Positions 30,201-39,603 of a DNA stretch of 64,000 bases are shown piece after piece. The notes beneath the pieces were generated by a model that saw only the letters and a program-made list of their open reading frames with translations, was not told the origin of the DNA and ran no database searches. The position numbers were made by a program, and so were the translations under genes. Numbering within the stretch: position 1 is the first letter of the stretch; every line of letters starts with the position of its first letter. The stretch comes from Nanobdellota archaeon (GTDB taxonomy: Archaea > Nanobdellota > Nanobdellia > Woesearchaeales > GW2011-AR4): NCBI GenBank assembly GCA_038046385.1, contig JBBSWH010000006.1, forward strand, positions 64,001-128,000. The letters run 5' to 3'.

Positions 30201-30976
30201 ACAATTACACGAAGCAATCCGCCCGGTATGTTAATCGATAGATGGGCGCTAAACATATCAGGAAAATATTTTGATATGAGCTGGTTGCTTATCAGTATAA
30301 TAGCAAAACCAAGAAGAAAACTAATATGGTCTTTGTTTATTATGTCAAAAATCATGTTTATGTAAAAAAGTGCGAAAACAAATCCGGAAGTGAATATTGC
30401 CCACCATCTTAAATCCCATATTCCGTTTATCAAAGGTATTTCAAATCCTGCCCACGGCGGCCCAAGGGCATTTTGAAGGCTATTTCCTATTACAGGTATC
30501 CATTCCACAGGAAACATATCAAAAAACCATATCAGAAGCGCAACTGAGACAACTATTTTAGTTGAGTCGTTTGTTTTTAATCCTGTAACCAAACCATAAC
30601 TGATGAAAATGAGAAATACCGCAAATGTTATGATAAACATAGCCAATTTCATAAAGTTCCAGTACCAAGATGAAAAAATAAGAAGAACAATTGCAATTAT
30701 TATCAAAGATACAGTATGACTGCTTGATTTAAGCTCTATGGTCGGAATATTAATATTGAAAAGTCCAGAACCTTTTCCCCTTGCTTCTTTCGGCTCGTCG
30801 GATGAATCCTCTTCTGTATCTTTATTTCTTAATTGATTTTTTTTCTTTTCTATTCTTGCCTCTCTCTCATCATCTTTGATTCTTTGTCTTGCTTCTTCTT
30901 CTAAAAGAGCATCTTCTCTAGTTTCTTCTGTATCATCAACCCTATTTCTTCCCCTTATCCTATCAATTATTCCCAT
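27239..30976 (-). CDS. Large polytopic membrane protein with cluster domain, SLT lytic transglycosylase and amidase_2 domains
   Basis: About 10 TM segments; AIIEKESS, YGLMQI, AYNG (SLT); IILHHTA, SVHYIIDRDG, AWHA, NSRSIGIE, VLGH, KWDP (amidase_2). Confidence 0.85.
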   Translation of the reverse strand: MGIIDRIRGRNRVDDTEETREDALLEEEARQRIKDDEREARIEKKKNQLRNKDTEEDSSDEPKEARGKGSGLFNINIPTIELKSSSHTVSLIIIAIVLLIFSSWYWNFMKLAMFIITFAVFLIFISYGLVTGLKTNDSTKIVVSVALLIWFFDMFPVEWIPVIGNSLQNALGPPWAGFEIPLINGIWDLRWWAIFTSGFVFALFYINMIFDIINKDHISFLLGFAIILISNQLISKYFPDMFSAHLSINIPGGLLRVIVIILIALIFIGIAYLAYRFDKKAGAQIPTFFTRLVLIFFFSFFWVNDGWMHNFRAWVHMIFILAFGFSYIQKRESKEFTYILIMLLLVVDFFGYGWLYSTSYLWTKFIPILVIFVVWYCYAKTESAYALTTFIFIVTLILILSLQAWSYQGSDGGATLDYTPKTGRPDMAAFFDTIFSQIKTSINVGISTATGGYSDQFFGNVENNQYEPLGVYFDRIRVAQPKFYDNEPVTIWGTIKSRTLSDPANVKFICARWEGSNRILTGPLDTLYPSLPFTVYTSEEKDVECTFSQGRGTNLPIGTSKITLNAQYNFETNAYQKVYFMDKDRYRSMIRENLNPLKEFGITDKTPVAIYTNGPVKIATDMPQTDSSYLLTVTDAEDFKPSFGIALENRNKITDKDGKAVGEWEGKIKQIRELILLLPKGVEVATTDDKLMTEDGSNSDCGPVKFKPFTDKNCADSCDNNVGLPCQQASCRENAKDSSDCKDCESSLAKCQKECKSLFKNEETKTTDNGQDYTGYQLDTSLIKNDTNYKDFDRFKTFRCRLDIDPKVLDNTPITTRYFRIKARYDYYLDKTFNVVVELNPSKKADTTLPSYEGTPTTPEAAAEPGVAVTKTAVRTNIYINSKNANEVKYSPMVNRLAQENDVSYLLTKAIIEKESSWKPDAIRQEPKLNDASYGLMQILGGTAKGTNCKDDFNTNPESNVDCGIKVLKSKYNLFNQGACSSGLDCEHPFHSRNYCASRQCMGRCTNSKCEYEFTGGTSTSRYYGGWQAALRAYNGWGATGNNNYVEDVLKTYDALNKQAASSGSVYSPPDSTKEVSASITTPGIPVSDIYFGQLNSGQRLSVAVDRIILHHTADSAAQTTFNTLKTRGLSVHYIIDRDGAIYYIVDESLNAWHAEDWNSRSIGIEIVNLGTKDMQFTDAQYASISSLINDIASRRSSIKIDNEHVLGHFQASTEGKWDPSPNFDWARIGLSGHKTSTAPPGQGY

Positions 30977-31047
30977 TGTATTTTGAATATAGCACTATAG
31001 AATTCTCCTTATGTCACCTCTTCTTTTTAAGCAATTCGCTTTTATGG

Positions 31048-31198
31048 GCTATGTAGAAAATCTCGCCTTGCTCGGCTGCCATCGTTCGCATGTTATTGTT
31101 TAGCTAAATGGCAAAAATTCCCACTGGAACTTCCTTTTTGCCTGATGTTAAATTTTATGATGCTCACGATTTGATGGCAGCTTCATTTTCTACATAGC
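31048..31198. repeat. Dispersed palindromic element, copy 3 (core 31075-31181) with an extra 14-bp outer inverted repeat
   Basis: GCTATGTAGAAAAT...GCTGCCATCGTTCGCAT...ATGCTCAC-GATTT-GATGGCAGC...ATTTTCTACATAGC. Confidence 0.9.
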
Positions 31199-31218
31199 TG
31201 AAAGCAATAAATATGAAA

Positions 31219-32382
31219 TTACTGGACTTCTACCCTTAACTGCGCCACTTCAACATCCTCAAGCGGCTCAAGGGTTATGTAGTTGTTGCCAGATGTTAAT
31301 CTGTTTGCAATGCTCTTTGAAAAGGTTCCCTTTGATGTTTCAACTGTCTCAAGCTTGCCGTTTATATCCATCTTAAGCCTTTTCTGATCCTGCGAGTTGG
31401 TAAATTTCATGGAAACAAGAACGTCTGTGCCGTCCTTTATTTCATTATATAGTTCTGGGCTTACATCAAAGAAATATGTCTTTGCCTTTGTATCCTTAAA
31501 CTCCAATGATGCGCTTATCTGCTCAACGCTGTAACTTCCCTTGTTGGTCTTGAATATTATGTTGTTGGAGCCTTCATTAAGCAAGGATTTTGGAACACTT
31601 TGCTTATATGGCCTGTCGCAGACCGGGACTGATGAAAATAATTTCTTGTCATTTACGAATATGTCCAATAATCCCAATTCATTTATGGAGCTGCAGTATG
31701 GAGTGAACTTCAAAGTTACTTTATCCAGGCTTGCAAATTCTGATTCCGTTATCTCAAACACGTTATTTGACTCTTGCTTTGTCCTATCAGTAATATCGCC
31801 GATAATTCTTACATTCTCAAATCCATATTCGTTTGTTGTCCAAAATTTTAATCCGACTGAAGATACGCTGAATTCGAGCGTGTTTGTTTTTGACAAAAGT
31901 CCTTTGTCGAGCTTGACTGGCTCTGTTATTGAGTTTGTTATTTCATTCTCAAAAATTATCTGATCGTTTAGCTTTACTGTAAGGACTCCCTGTTTTTTCT
32001 TTGCTGTAAATGCCAAAACAACATTATCTGTGTTTTCTGGATCTGTAATTTCAAAATCCATTGTATAAACCTTTGTGTCAAAAAGGCCGTTTCTTACTAT
32101 AAATGGGTTGAATTTTTTGATTTCAACGGCGTTAGTTGTCTCAATGAGGAAGATATCAGGTATTTTCTTGTCGTTCTCAAGATTTCCTTGCGTGTTTAAT
32201 GTTCCTGGAACAACATCAAGCAATAATTTTGACTGCTGAGCTGCGTTTTGCTGGTCTGTCTCCCCTGAAAGCAGCTTTTCCTTGTCTGCTGTTGGAAGAA
32301 ACACGATATAAAGAATAATCAGCCCAGAAACGATAGATACCAGAAGAGCGGCATTTATTCCTCCTTGGGCTTTCTTGTACAT
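31219..32382 (-). CDS. Secreted protein with a class III (pilin-like) signal peptide and three repeated beta-rich domains
   Basis: MYKKAQ followed by a hydrophobic helix; repeated L.I..N...(L)..G.N.(I/L).F pattern. Confidence 0.7.
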   Translation of the reverse strand: MYKKAQGGINAALLVSIVSGLIILYIVFLPTADKEKLLSGETDQQNAAQQSKLLLDVVPGTLNTQGNLENDKKIPDIFLIETTNAVEIKKFNPFIVRNGLFDTKVYTMDFEITDPENTDNVVLAFTAKKKQGVLTVKLNDQIIFENEITNSITEPVKLDKGLLSKTNTLEFSVSSVGLKFWTTNEYGFENVRIIGDITDRTKQESNNVFEITESEFASLDKVTLKFTPYCSSINELGLLDIFVNDKKLFSSVPVCDRPYKQSVPKSLLNEGSNNIIFKTNKGSYSVEQISASLEFKDTKAKTYFFDVSPELYNEIKDGTDVLVSMKFTNSQDQKRLKMDINGKLETVETSKGTFSKSIANRLTSGNNYITLEPLEDVEVAQLRVEVQ

Positions 32383-32472
32383 GATTTGGCCTTTTTTAAA
32401 TATGGAACTGTATTAACTGATGTGTTGTAAATTACATAAATATATTTAAAGCTTTGCATTATTGATTAATAT

Positions 32473-33537
32473 ATGAAATTAATTCATTCTGATATGAAGA
32501 AAGGGGAAGTTAAGGTGCTTGCGCAGAACGCCGATGATTTATGGTATCTTAATGCCATAATTGAGCCTAATGATATTGTAAACGGACGAACTTTCAGAAA
32601 AATCAAGATTGGGTCTGCAGAAGAGCGTGCGAAAGAGGCTGTGAAAAGGGCTGTTTTTCTTGGGATAAGGGTTGAAAAGGTTGAATTTGGAAGAAGTTCC
32701 AATATACTGAGGGTTTCCGGAGTAATAAATGCAGCGCCTGAAGATATTCCATTAGGAGAGCACCATACATTCAATGTTGAGGATAATACGACTATTACTA
32801 TAACAAAGGGAAAATGGTTGAAATACCAGTTAGACAAAATAAAGGAAGCTTGTTCTGAAACAAAATCATCTATCCTTATTTGCGTGCATGACAGGGAAGA
32901 GGTTTATTTTGCGCTGCTGAAGAAATACGGATATGAGGTTATTGCGCATCTGCAGGGCGATGTAAAGAAAAAAAGGGAAGAAAGCGGGAAGAAAGAAAAT
33001 TTCTACGGGAAAATAATAAATTCTCTGAAAGAATATGAAGAGCGCTATAAAATTGAAAGGATTATTGTTGCGTCTCCTTCTTTCTGGAAAGAGGATCTGA
33101 TGAAGGAAGTTGATGACGAAAATTTAAGGAAAAAAATACTTCTTGCAACGTGCTCTTCTGCTACGAAAAACGGCATTGAAGAGGTCATCAAAAGGCCGGA
33201 AGTGAAAGAAGCTTTGAAGCTTGAAAGAGCAGCCAAAGAAATGAATAAAGTTGAAGAATTGTTTGTAGAAGTTTCAAAAAATAATCTTGCAGCTTATGGG
33301 ATAATGGAAGTTCAGAAGGCTTCTGACATGAGAGCGATAAAGGATTTGCTTGTTACTGATTCTTTTATACAAAAGCAAAGAGACGAAAATAAATATACAA
33401 TTGTCGAGAACATAATGAAAACAACAGAAAACTCAAAAGGAGACATAATAATAGTAAGCTCCGAGCATGATGGCGGGAATAAGCTTGATGGATTAGGGGG
33501 GATTGGCGCGATATTAAGGTTTAAGTTATCTTATTAA
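32473..33537 (+). CDS. pelA: Pelota (aDom34) ribosome rescue factor
   Basis: DDLWYL, LRVSGVI, HHTFNV, LDGLGGIGAILRF motifs. Confidence 0.93.
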   Translation: MKLIHSDMKKGEVKVLAQNADDLWYLNAIIEPNDIVNGRTFRKIKIGSAEERAKEAVKRAVFLGIRVEKVEFGRSSNILRVSGVINAAPEDIPLGEHHTFNVEDNTTITITKGKWLKYQLDKIKEACSETKSSILICVHDREEVYFALLKKYGYEVIAHLQGDVKKKREESGKKENFYGKIINSLKEYEERYKIERIIVASPSFWKEDLMKEVDDENLRKKILLATCSSATKNGIEEVIKRPEVKEALKLERAAKEMNKVEELFVEVSKNNLAAYGIMEVQKASDMRAIKDLLVTDSFIQKQRDENKYTIVENIMKTTENSKGDIIIVSSEHDGGNKLDGLGGIGAILRFKLSY

Positions 33538-33548
33538 ACATGAATCTT

Positions 33549-33660
33549 AACTTTGCCATCGTTCGCATTATATCTGCTAAATTAAGGCGAGAATTCCCAT
33601 TGCAATTTCCTTCTCGCCATATTCTGTTCTAGAAAATGCTCACATAGTGATGGCAAAGTT
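33549..33660. repeat. Dispersed palindromic element, copy 4
   Basis: AACTTTGCCATCGTTCGCAT...GGCGAGAA-TTCCCATTGCAATTTCC-TTCTCGCC...ATGCTCAC-ATAGT-GATGGCAAAGTT. Confidence 0.9.
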
Positions 33661-33727
33661 GCTCATTGAATCGAAAGTTATAAAAACCAAGTGCTGAATA
33701 TTACATAAAAAAAGAGGTGTATGTATC

Positions 33728-35683
33728 ATGGAAGAATCATTTATTACTTCAATTCTCTCTGAAAAAAGAGTATTCAACCCAAGCCAGGATTTTGTTTCGT
33801 CTGCAAGGATAAGGAGCATGGATGATTACAATACAATTTACAAGAAATCTGTTGAAAATCCTACTGAGTTCTGGGCGGAAAAGGCAAATGAGCTTGACTG
33901 GTTCAAGAAATGGAATAATGTATTAAGAAATGATCAGGGTTTTTTCAAATGGTTTGAGGGCGGCTTTATTAATGTGGCTTACAACTGCCTAGACAGAAAT
34001 GTCTATGCAGGCAAAAAGAACAAAGTTGCATTTATCTGGGAAGCAGAGTCAGGAGAGACAAAAATTTACACTTATGGGCAGCTGCTGAAAGAAGTCTGCA
34101 GGTTTGCAAATGTTCTGAAGAAAAAAGGAGTAACGAAAGGAAATGTCGTGGAGATTTATCTTCCTATGATACCTGAATTGCCTATTGCAATGCTTGCATG
34201 CGCAAGGATTGGGGCAGTACATTCAATTGTTTTTGCAGGGTTTTCATCTGATGCCTTGAAGGACAGAATACAGGATTCAAAAGCGGATTTGCTTGTAACA
34301 GCAGACGGAAGCTTCAGGAACGGAAAAGTTTTCCCGCTGAAAGACAATGCTGACAATGCATTGAAAGACTGCCCTTCAATAAAAAATGTTGTTGTTGTCA
34401 AGAGAACTGGCAATAATGTTAATATGCAGCAAAGCCGTGATTTCTGGTGGCATGACTTGATGAAAGAAAAAGATATTAGCAACTGGTGTGACTGCGAAAG
34501 TATGCATTCAGAAGATTCTTTGTTTATTCTTTATACATCCGGAACAACCGGAAAGCCAAAAGGAGTCTTGCATACGACAGCAGGCTATCTTCTTTATGTA
34601 AATCAAACCTTCAAATATATTTTTGACATAAAAGACAATGATGTTTATTTCTGCACAGCAGACATTGGATGGATTACAGGACATTCTTATATTGTATACG
34701 GGCCGTTGTCAAACGGCGCAACTGGTGTGATGTTTGAAGGATCACCAACGTTCCCGCAGCCAGACAGATTGTGGAGAATTGTTGAAAAATACGGAGTCAC
34801 TGTGTTTTACACTGCTCCGACTGCAATAAGGGCATTGGCAAAAGAAGGCGACCAGTGGCCTAATGGATGCGACTTAAGCTCATTGAGATTATTGGGAAGT
34901 GTAGGGGAGCCGATTAATCCGGAAGCCTGGGTTTGGTACCATAACATAATCGGAAAAACAAAGTGCCCTATAGTGGATACTTACTGGCAGACTGAGACCG
35001 GAGGAATTATTGTAAGCCCGTTGCCTGGTGCGACGCCTGCAAAGCCAGGCTCTGCGACTAAGCCATTTTTCGGAATTGTTCCGGAAATTTTAAGGGAAGA
35101 CGGAACAAAAGCAAATATCAATGAAGGCGGAAACCTTGTCATAGTTCATCCATGGCCTGGAATGCTAAGGACAGTATGGGGCAATCCGGAAAAATACAAG
35201 CACACTTATTTTGAGCAGTTCGGAGTATACCTTACAGGAGACACTGCCAAGATTGATGAGGACGGATACTTATGGGTTATGGGCAGGAGTGATGATGTAA
35301 TTAAAGTTGCTGGCCACAGAATTGGAAGCGCAGAAGTTGAATCATCTTTAGTCAGCCACCCTTCTGTAGCAGAGGCTGCTGTTGTTCCTTTCCCGCATGA
35401 GATAAAAGGGTGGGCGCTTTATGCGTTTGTCACGCTGAAGAAAGGCGTCGACAAAAATGAACAGCTAAAAGAAATCCTAAAGAAACACGTTTCTGATAAA
35501 GTCGGCCCTATTGCAAAGCCTGACAAAATACAATTTGCAGACGATTTGCCTAAAACAAGAAGTGGCAAGATAATGCGACGCATCTTGAAAGTGATAGCAG
35601 AGGGGGGAACAGACTACGGCAACATAACAACGCTTGTAGACCCCGGTGTTGTAAAAACCCTAGCTGACACTAGGATTAGATAG
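33728..35683 (+). CDS. acs: AMP-forming acetyl-CoA synthetase
   Basis: [39 protein letters not shown] motifs. Confidence 0.95.
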   Translation: MEESFITSILSEKRVFNPSQDFVSSARIRSMDDYNTIYKKSVENPTEFWAEKANELDWFKKWNNVLRNDQGFFKWFEGGFINVAYNCLDRNVYAGKKNKVAFIWEAESGETKIYTYGQLLKEVCRFANVLKKKGVTKGNVVEIYLPMIPELPIAMLACARIGAVHSIVFAGFSSDALKDRIQDSKADLLVTADGSFRNGKVFPLKDNADNALKDCPSIKNVVVVKRTGNNVNMQQSRDFWWHDLMKEKDISNWCDCESMHSEDSLFILYTSGTTGKPKGVLHTTAGYLLYVNQTFKYIFDIKDNDVYFCTADIGWITGHSYIVYGPLSNGATGVMFEGSPTFPQPDRLWRIVEKYGVTVFYTAPTAIRALAKEGDQWPNGCDLSSLRLLGSVGEPINPEAWVWYHNIIGKTKCPIVDTYWQTETGGIIVSPLPGATPAKPGSATKPFFGIVPEILREDGTKANINEGGNLVIVHPWPGMLRTVWGNPEKYKHTYFEQFGVYLTGDTAKIDEDGYLWVMGRSDDVIKVAGHRIGSAEVESSLVSHPSVAEAAVVPFPHEIKGWALYAFVTLKKGVDKNEQLKEILKKHVSDKVGPIAKPDKIQFADDLPKTRSGKIMRRILKVIAEGGTDYGNITTLVDPGVVKTLADTRIR

Positions 35684-35863
35684 TCCTTACGAGTGATTTT
35701 CCGTAACCTTTAAATACTAGTATAGATTATTCTGTAATAACTAGGCAGTTATGATAATCAATTACTATTCGGTAATGAAATTACCACTAACTGATGGGAA
35801 ATAACAACATTTTAATATGAGTGTTTTTATCCCCTTATAATAATAAAAAGGGGGTGTATTGAT

Positions 35864-36679
35864 ATGATAGTTAAAGAAGAATTTTTAAGCAGGTTAAGGA
35901 GAAATTTTGCCTTGAACCTTTACGAGGTTAAGATATGGACAGCTCTATTAAGCAGAGGCGTGTCAACAGCAGGCGAGCTTTCGGACATTGCAAATGTCCC
36001 AAGATCAAGAAGCTATGATGTTCTAGAGTCATTGGAAAAGAAGGGTTTCGTTGTTATGAAGCTTGGAAAGCCAATAAAATACATTGCAGTTCCTCCAAAG
36101 GAAGTTGTTGAAAGAGTAAAGAAAAACGTTGAGGCGCATGCCAAAGACGAATTGAAGAAACTTTCTGATTTGAAAAACACAGATGTTATTGAAGAGCTAA
36201 GCACCTTGCACACGCAGGGTGTTGAGCTTGTTGAACCGTCTGATTTATCTGGTTCATTAAGGGGGAGGCATAACTTGTACAACCACCTTGAGCTTACAAT
36301 AAGAAACGCAGAAGAAAGCGTAACTTTGATGACAACAACCCAGGGATTCATAAGAAAGGTTGAAGGATTTTTGCCAACTTTTGAAAAGCTGAAGAAAAGG
36401 GGAGTAAGAGTAAGAATTGCTGCTCCGATAACAAAAGAGGCAATGCCTGCAATGAAAGAGCTTCAGGGAATTGCTGAAGTAAGGAACACTGATACAAAGG
36501 CAAGGTTCTGCATTGTTGACGGCAAAGAAATCATATTTATGGTTCTTGACGACAATGAAGTTCACCCGACATATGATGTTGGAATCTGGGTCAACACGCC
36601 ATTCTTCGCAAGCGCTATGGAAGATTTGTTTGAATTGGCTTGGAAGAACATGAAGGTTACAGCAGAAACAAAGAAATAA
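35864..36679 (+). CDS. TrmB-family transcriptional regulator
   Basis: LNLYEVKIW...VPRSRSYDVLESLEKKGF HTH. Confidence 0.88.
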   Translation: MIVKEEFLSRLRRNFALNLYEVKIWTALLSRGVSTAGELSDIANVPRSRSYDVLESLEKKGFVVMKLGKPIKYIAVPPKEVVERVKKNVEAHAKDELKKLSDLKNTDVIEELSTLHTQGVELVEPSDLSGSLRGRHNLYNHLELTIRNAEESVTLMTTTQGFIRKVEGFLPTFEKLKKRGVRVRIAAPITKEAMPAMKELQGIAEVRNTDTKARFCIVDGKEIIFMVLDDNEVHPTYDVGIWVNTPFFASAMEDLFELAWKNMKVTAETKK

Positions 36680-36779
36680 ATTATTTTATTTTTCTTTTTT
36701 TATTTAATTTTTATTATTTAGATTAAATATAGTTATACCAATGCAAAACTATAAAAAAGGCCATAATTTACTTTAAACG

Positions 36780-37619
36780 ATGAAACCTCAAGAGTTGCTT
36801 GCACTTAAACAAAAGGCAAAAAACCTTAGAAAAGATATTATTGATATTATATACAAGGCGCAATCCGGTCACCCTGGAGGATCATTAAGCGAGATAGATA
36901 TGCTTGTTGCTCTTTATTTTTATAAGATGAATGTTAATTCTTCGAAACCTCACTGGGAAGACAGGGACAGATTTATTTTAAGCAAAGGCCACGCGAGCCC
37001 TGGATTATATGCTGTTCTTGCCGAGAAAGGGTATTTTCCAAAATCAGAGCTTGATGGATTCAGGAAAACTGGTCGTATGCTGCAGGGGCATCCTGAATTA
37101 AATACTCCTGGAGTGGATTTTGCCGGCGGCTCGCTTGGGCAGGGTATATGCTTTGCTTTGGGTGTTGCACTTGCATGCAGGTTAGACAAAAGAAAAAATA
37201 AAATTTATGCTATGATTGGTGATGGGGAAGCACAAGAAGGATCAGTGTGGGAAGCCACAATGGCTGCTGCATTCCACAAAGCGGACAATTTAATTGTGAT
37301 ATTGGATAAAAATCAGGTCCAGGAAACCGGAAAAACAAAGGAAGTGATGGACTTGGGAAATGTTGCTGCAAAATGGAAATCGTTTGGATGGAATGTTATC
37401 GAGATAAACGGGCATGATGTGGCGCAATGCGTTTCTGCACTTGATAAGGCTTCTAAATCAAAAGGAAAGCCGACAATGATTGTTTCAAATACAATAAAAG
37501 GCAAAGGAGTTTCATTCATGGAACTGAATCATAAGTTTCACGGCAAAGCTCCGAATGAAGAAGAATACAAGAAAGCGATTTCAGAGATTGAAAAAATTAA
37601 TGTTAATAAGTTTAAATAA
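36780..37619 (+). CDS. Transketolase, N-terminal subunit
   Basis: SGHPGGSLS, LSKGHA, GDGEAQEG TPP-binding motif. Confidence 0.92.
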   Translation: MKPQELLALKQKAKNLRKDIIDIIYKAQSGHPGGSLSEIDMLVALYFYKMNVNSSKPHWEDRDRFILSKGHASPGLYAVLAEKGYFPKSELDGFRKTGRMLQGHPELNTPGVDFAGGSLGQGICFALGVALACRLDKRKNKIYAMIGDGEAQEGSVWEATMAAAFHKADNLIVILDKNQVQETGKTKEVMDLGNVAAKWKSFGWNVIEINGHDVAQCVSALDKASKSKGKPTMIVSNTIKGKGVSFMELNHKFHGKAPNEEEYKKAISEIEKINVNKFK

Positions 37620-37623
37620 ATTG

Positions 37624-37672
37624 GCGAGCTGGTCGGATGCCAGCGAGCGTAAATATTGTGAGCGTAGCGAAC
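37624..37672. repeat. Pair of short hairpins with tandem G.A mismatches
   Basis: GC-GA-GCTGG...CCAGC-GA-GC and GT-GA-GC-GTA-GC-GA-AC. Confidence 0.6.
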
Positions 37673-37743
37673 GGAAAAATAAAATTACAAAAACAATAAC
37701 GAAACTCAATAATAAAAAATAATTTAAAAATAACCTAATAAAA

Positions 37744-38685
37744 ATGGAAACTCAAAAAATAGCAACAAGGGAAGGATACGGAAAAGCGCTGCTTGAGCTT
37801 GGAAAGATAAACAAAAACGTTGTTGTTGTAGATGCTGACCTTGGCGATTCAACCAAGGCAGAATTGTTCGGCAAGCAGTTTCCTGACAGATATTTTATGA
37901 TGGGAATTGCAGAGCAAAACATGGTTGGAGTCTCTGCCGGATTTTCTGTATCGGGTAAGATACCTTATGCAAGCACTTTTGCTGTTTTCAGTGAAAGGGC
38001 TTTTGAATTCACGCGCAATATTGTATCAAGAAACAAATTAAATGTTAAACTAGCTGGTTCACATGCCGGCATCACAACAGGCGAAGACGGAAAAAGCGCG
38101 CAGGCAATTGAAGATATTGCAGTCTATAGATCATTGCCTAACATGGTTGTTTTACAGCCATGCGATGCTGTTGAAGCGGAGAAAATGGTTTTTGCGCTGG
38201 TTGATTATAACGGGCCATCTTATATGAGATTGCAGAGAACAAGCGTTCCTGTGATACATTCTGCTAATTATAAATTTGAAATGGGCAAGGGCGAGGTTTT
38301 AAGAGAAGGAAAAGATGCTGTGATATTCGCAACAGGCACGATGGTGCATGAATCCTTAAAAGCAGCTGACATTTTGAAGAATGAAAATGTTTCAGTGTAT
38401 GTTGTTAACATTCACACAATAAAGCCGTTAGATGAAACTCTTGTTTTGAATCTTGCAAAGAAAACTGGGTTTGTTGTAACAGCAGAAGACCATAGCATTA
38501 TTGGAGGATTGGGAAGCGCTGTTGCCGAAGTTTTATCTGAAAATTATCCTTGTATGATGAAAAGAATCGGAATGAAAGATAGGTATGGAGAGTCCGGAAA
38601 TCCTACAGAGCTGTACAAGAAGTACGGGCTTGATGCTGCTTCTATTGCAAAAGAAGTTTTGAAGAGTGTCAGGAAGAAGAGATAG
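37744..38685 (+). CDS. Transketolase, C-terminal subunit
   Basis: DADL, GIAEQNM, GEDG, EDHSIIGGLGSAV motifs. Confidence 0.92.
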   Translation: METQKIATREGYGKALLELGKINKNVVVVDADLGDSTKAELFGKQFPDRYFMMGIAEQNMVGVSAGFSVSGKIPYASTFAVFSERAFEFTRNIVSRNKLNVKLAGSHAGITTGEDGKSAQAIEDIAVYRSLPNMVVLQPCDAVEAEKMVFALVDYNGPSYMRLQRTSVPVIHSANYKFEMGKGEVLREGKDAVIFATGTMVHESLKAADILKNENVSVYVVNIHTIKPLDETLVLNLAKKTGFVVTAEDHSIIGGLGSAVAEVLSENYPCMMKRIGMKDRYGESGNPTELYKKYGLDAASIAKEVLKSVRKKR

Positions 38686-38704
38686 GATTTGAATATTAAC
38701 GATA

Positions 38705-39535
38705 ATGCGACTTGATCTTTATCTTGCCAAAAACCGGAAATTGGTAAATGATTCTCTTAAAAAGTATCTGCCTGAATGCAGCCCTTATTCAAAAAAAGTC
38801 TGCGATGCAGTGCATTACAGCGTTTTTACAGGAGGAAAAAGGATAAGGCCGATTTTGGCAATTGCCGGGGCTGAATCTGTTGGAGGGACTGTAAGAGAAG
38901 TTATTCCTCTGGCATGCGCAATTGAATTTATACATGCATATTCCCTGATTCATGATGACCTTCCGTGCATGGATGATGATGACTACAGGAGGGGAAAATT
39001 GACATGCCACAAAAAGTTCAATGAAGCAATTGCGGTTTTGGCAGGGGATGCATTATTGACAAGGGCATTTCAGATTTTAATCAATGAGCTAAAACGAAAA
39101 AATGCTGCTTATTCGATAAAAATTCTTGCTAACGCTGTTGGCACTGGCGGGCTGATTGGCGGGCAGACTGCAGACATAGAAAACAAAAAAATATCTGCTG
39201 GATTGCTTAATTACATACACTCAAACAAAACTTCTGCTTTGATAAAGGCTTCTGTTGTTTCTGGAGCAGTATGGCACGGGGCAAGCAAAGAACAGATTAA
39301 AAGATTAACAGGGTATGGCCATAAAATAGGCATGGCTTTCCAGATAATGGACGATATTGATGATTATAATAATGAGAAATCAAAAGTCACTTATCCTAAC
39401 CTATATGGATTGAAAAAATCCGAAAAAATTGCAAGAAATCTTGTTGCAGAATCCAAAAAAGAACTTGATATGTTTGGCAAAAACGCAGAAGCTCTAAGGA
39501 TGATAGCAGATTATATTACCAAAAGAAAGAATTGA
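38705..39535 (+). CDS. Short-chain polyprenyl diphosphate synthase (IspA-like)
   Basis: GGKRIRP, HDDLPCMDDDDYRRG, GQTAD, KT, FQIMDD motifs. Confidence 0.9.
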   Translation: MRLDLYLAKNRKLVNDSLKKYLPECSPYSKKVCDAVHYSVFTGGKRIRPILAIAGAESVGGTVREVIPLACAIEFIHAYSLIHDDLPCMDDDDYRRGKLTCHKKFNEAIAVLAGDALLTRAFQILINELKRKNAAYSIKILANAVGTGGLIGGQTADIENKKISAGLLNYIHSNKTSALIKASVVSGAVWHGASKEQIKRLTGYGHKIGMAFQIMDDIDDYNNEKSKVTYPNLYGLKKSEKIARNLVAESKKELDMFGKNAEALRMIADYITKRKN

Positions 39536-39603
39536 TATTTATCTTATTTTAATCTAAATTTAATAACTAAACCTTTTTATAAGCTCTTGAATAGCTTTAT
39601 AGT

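Noticed and set aside
35761-35790. ATTAC/GTAAT inverted repeats upstream of the second TrmB gene
   Set aside because: The arms are only 5-6 bp in AT-rich DNA. An operator is plausible but cannot be distinguished from chance.
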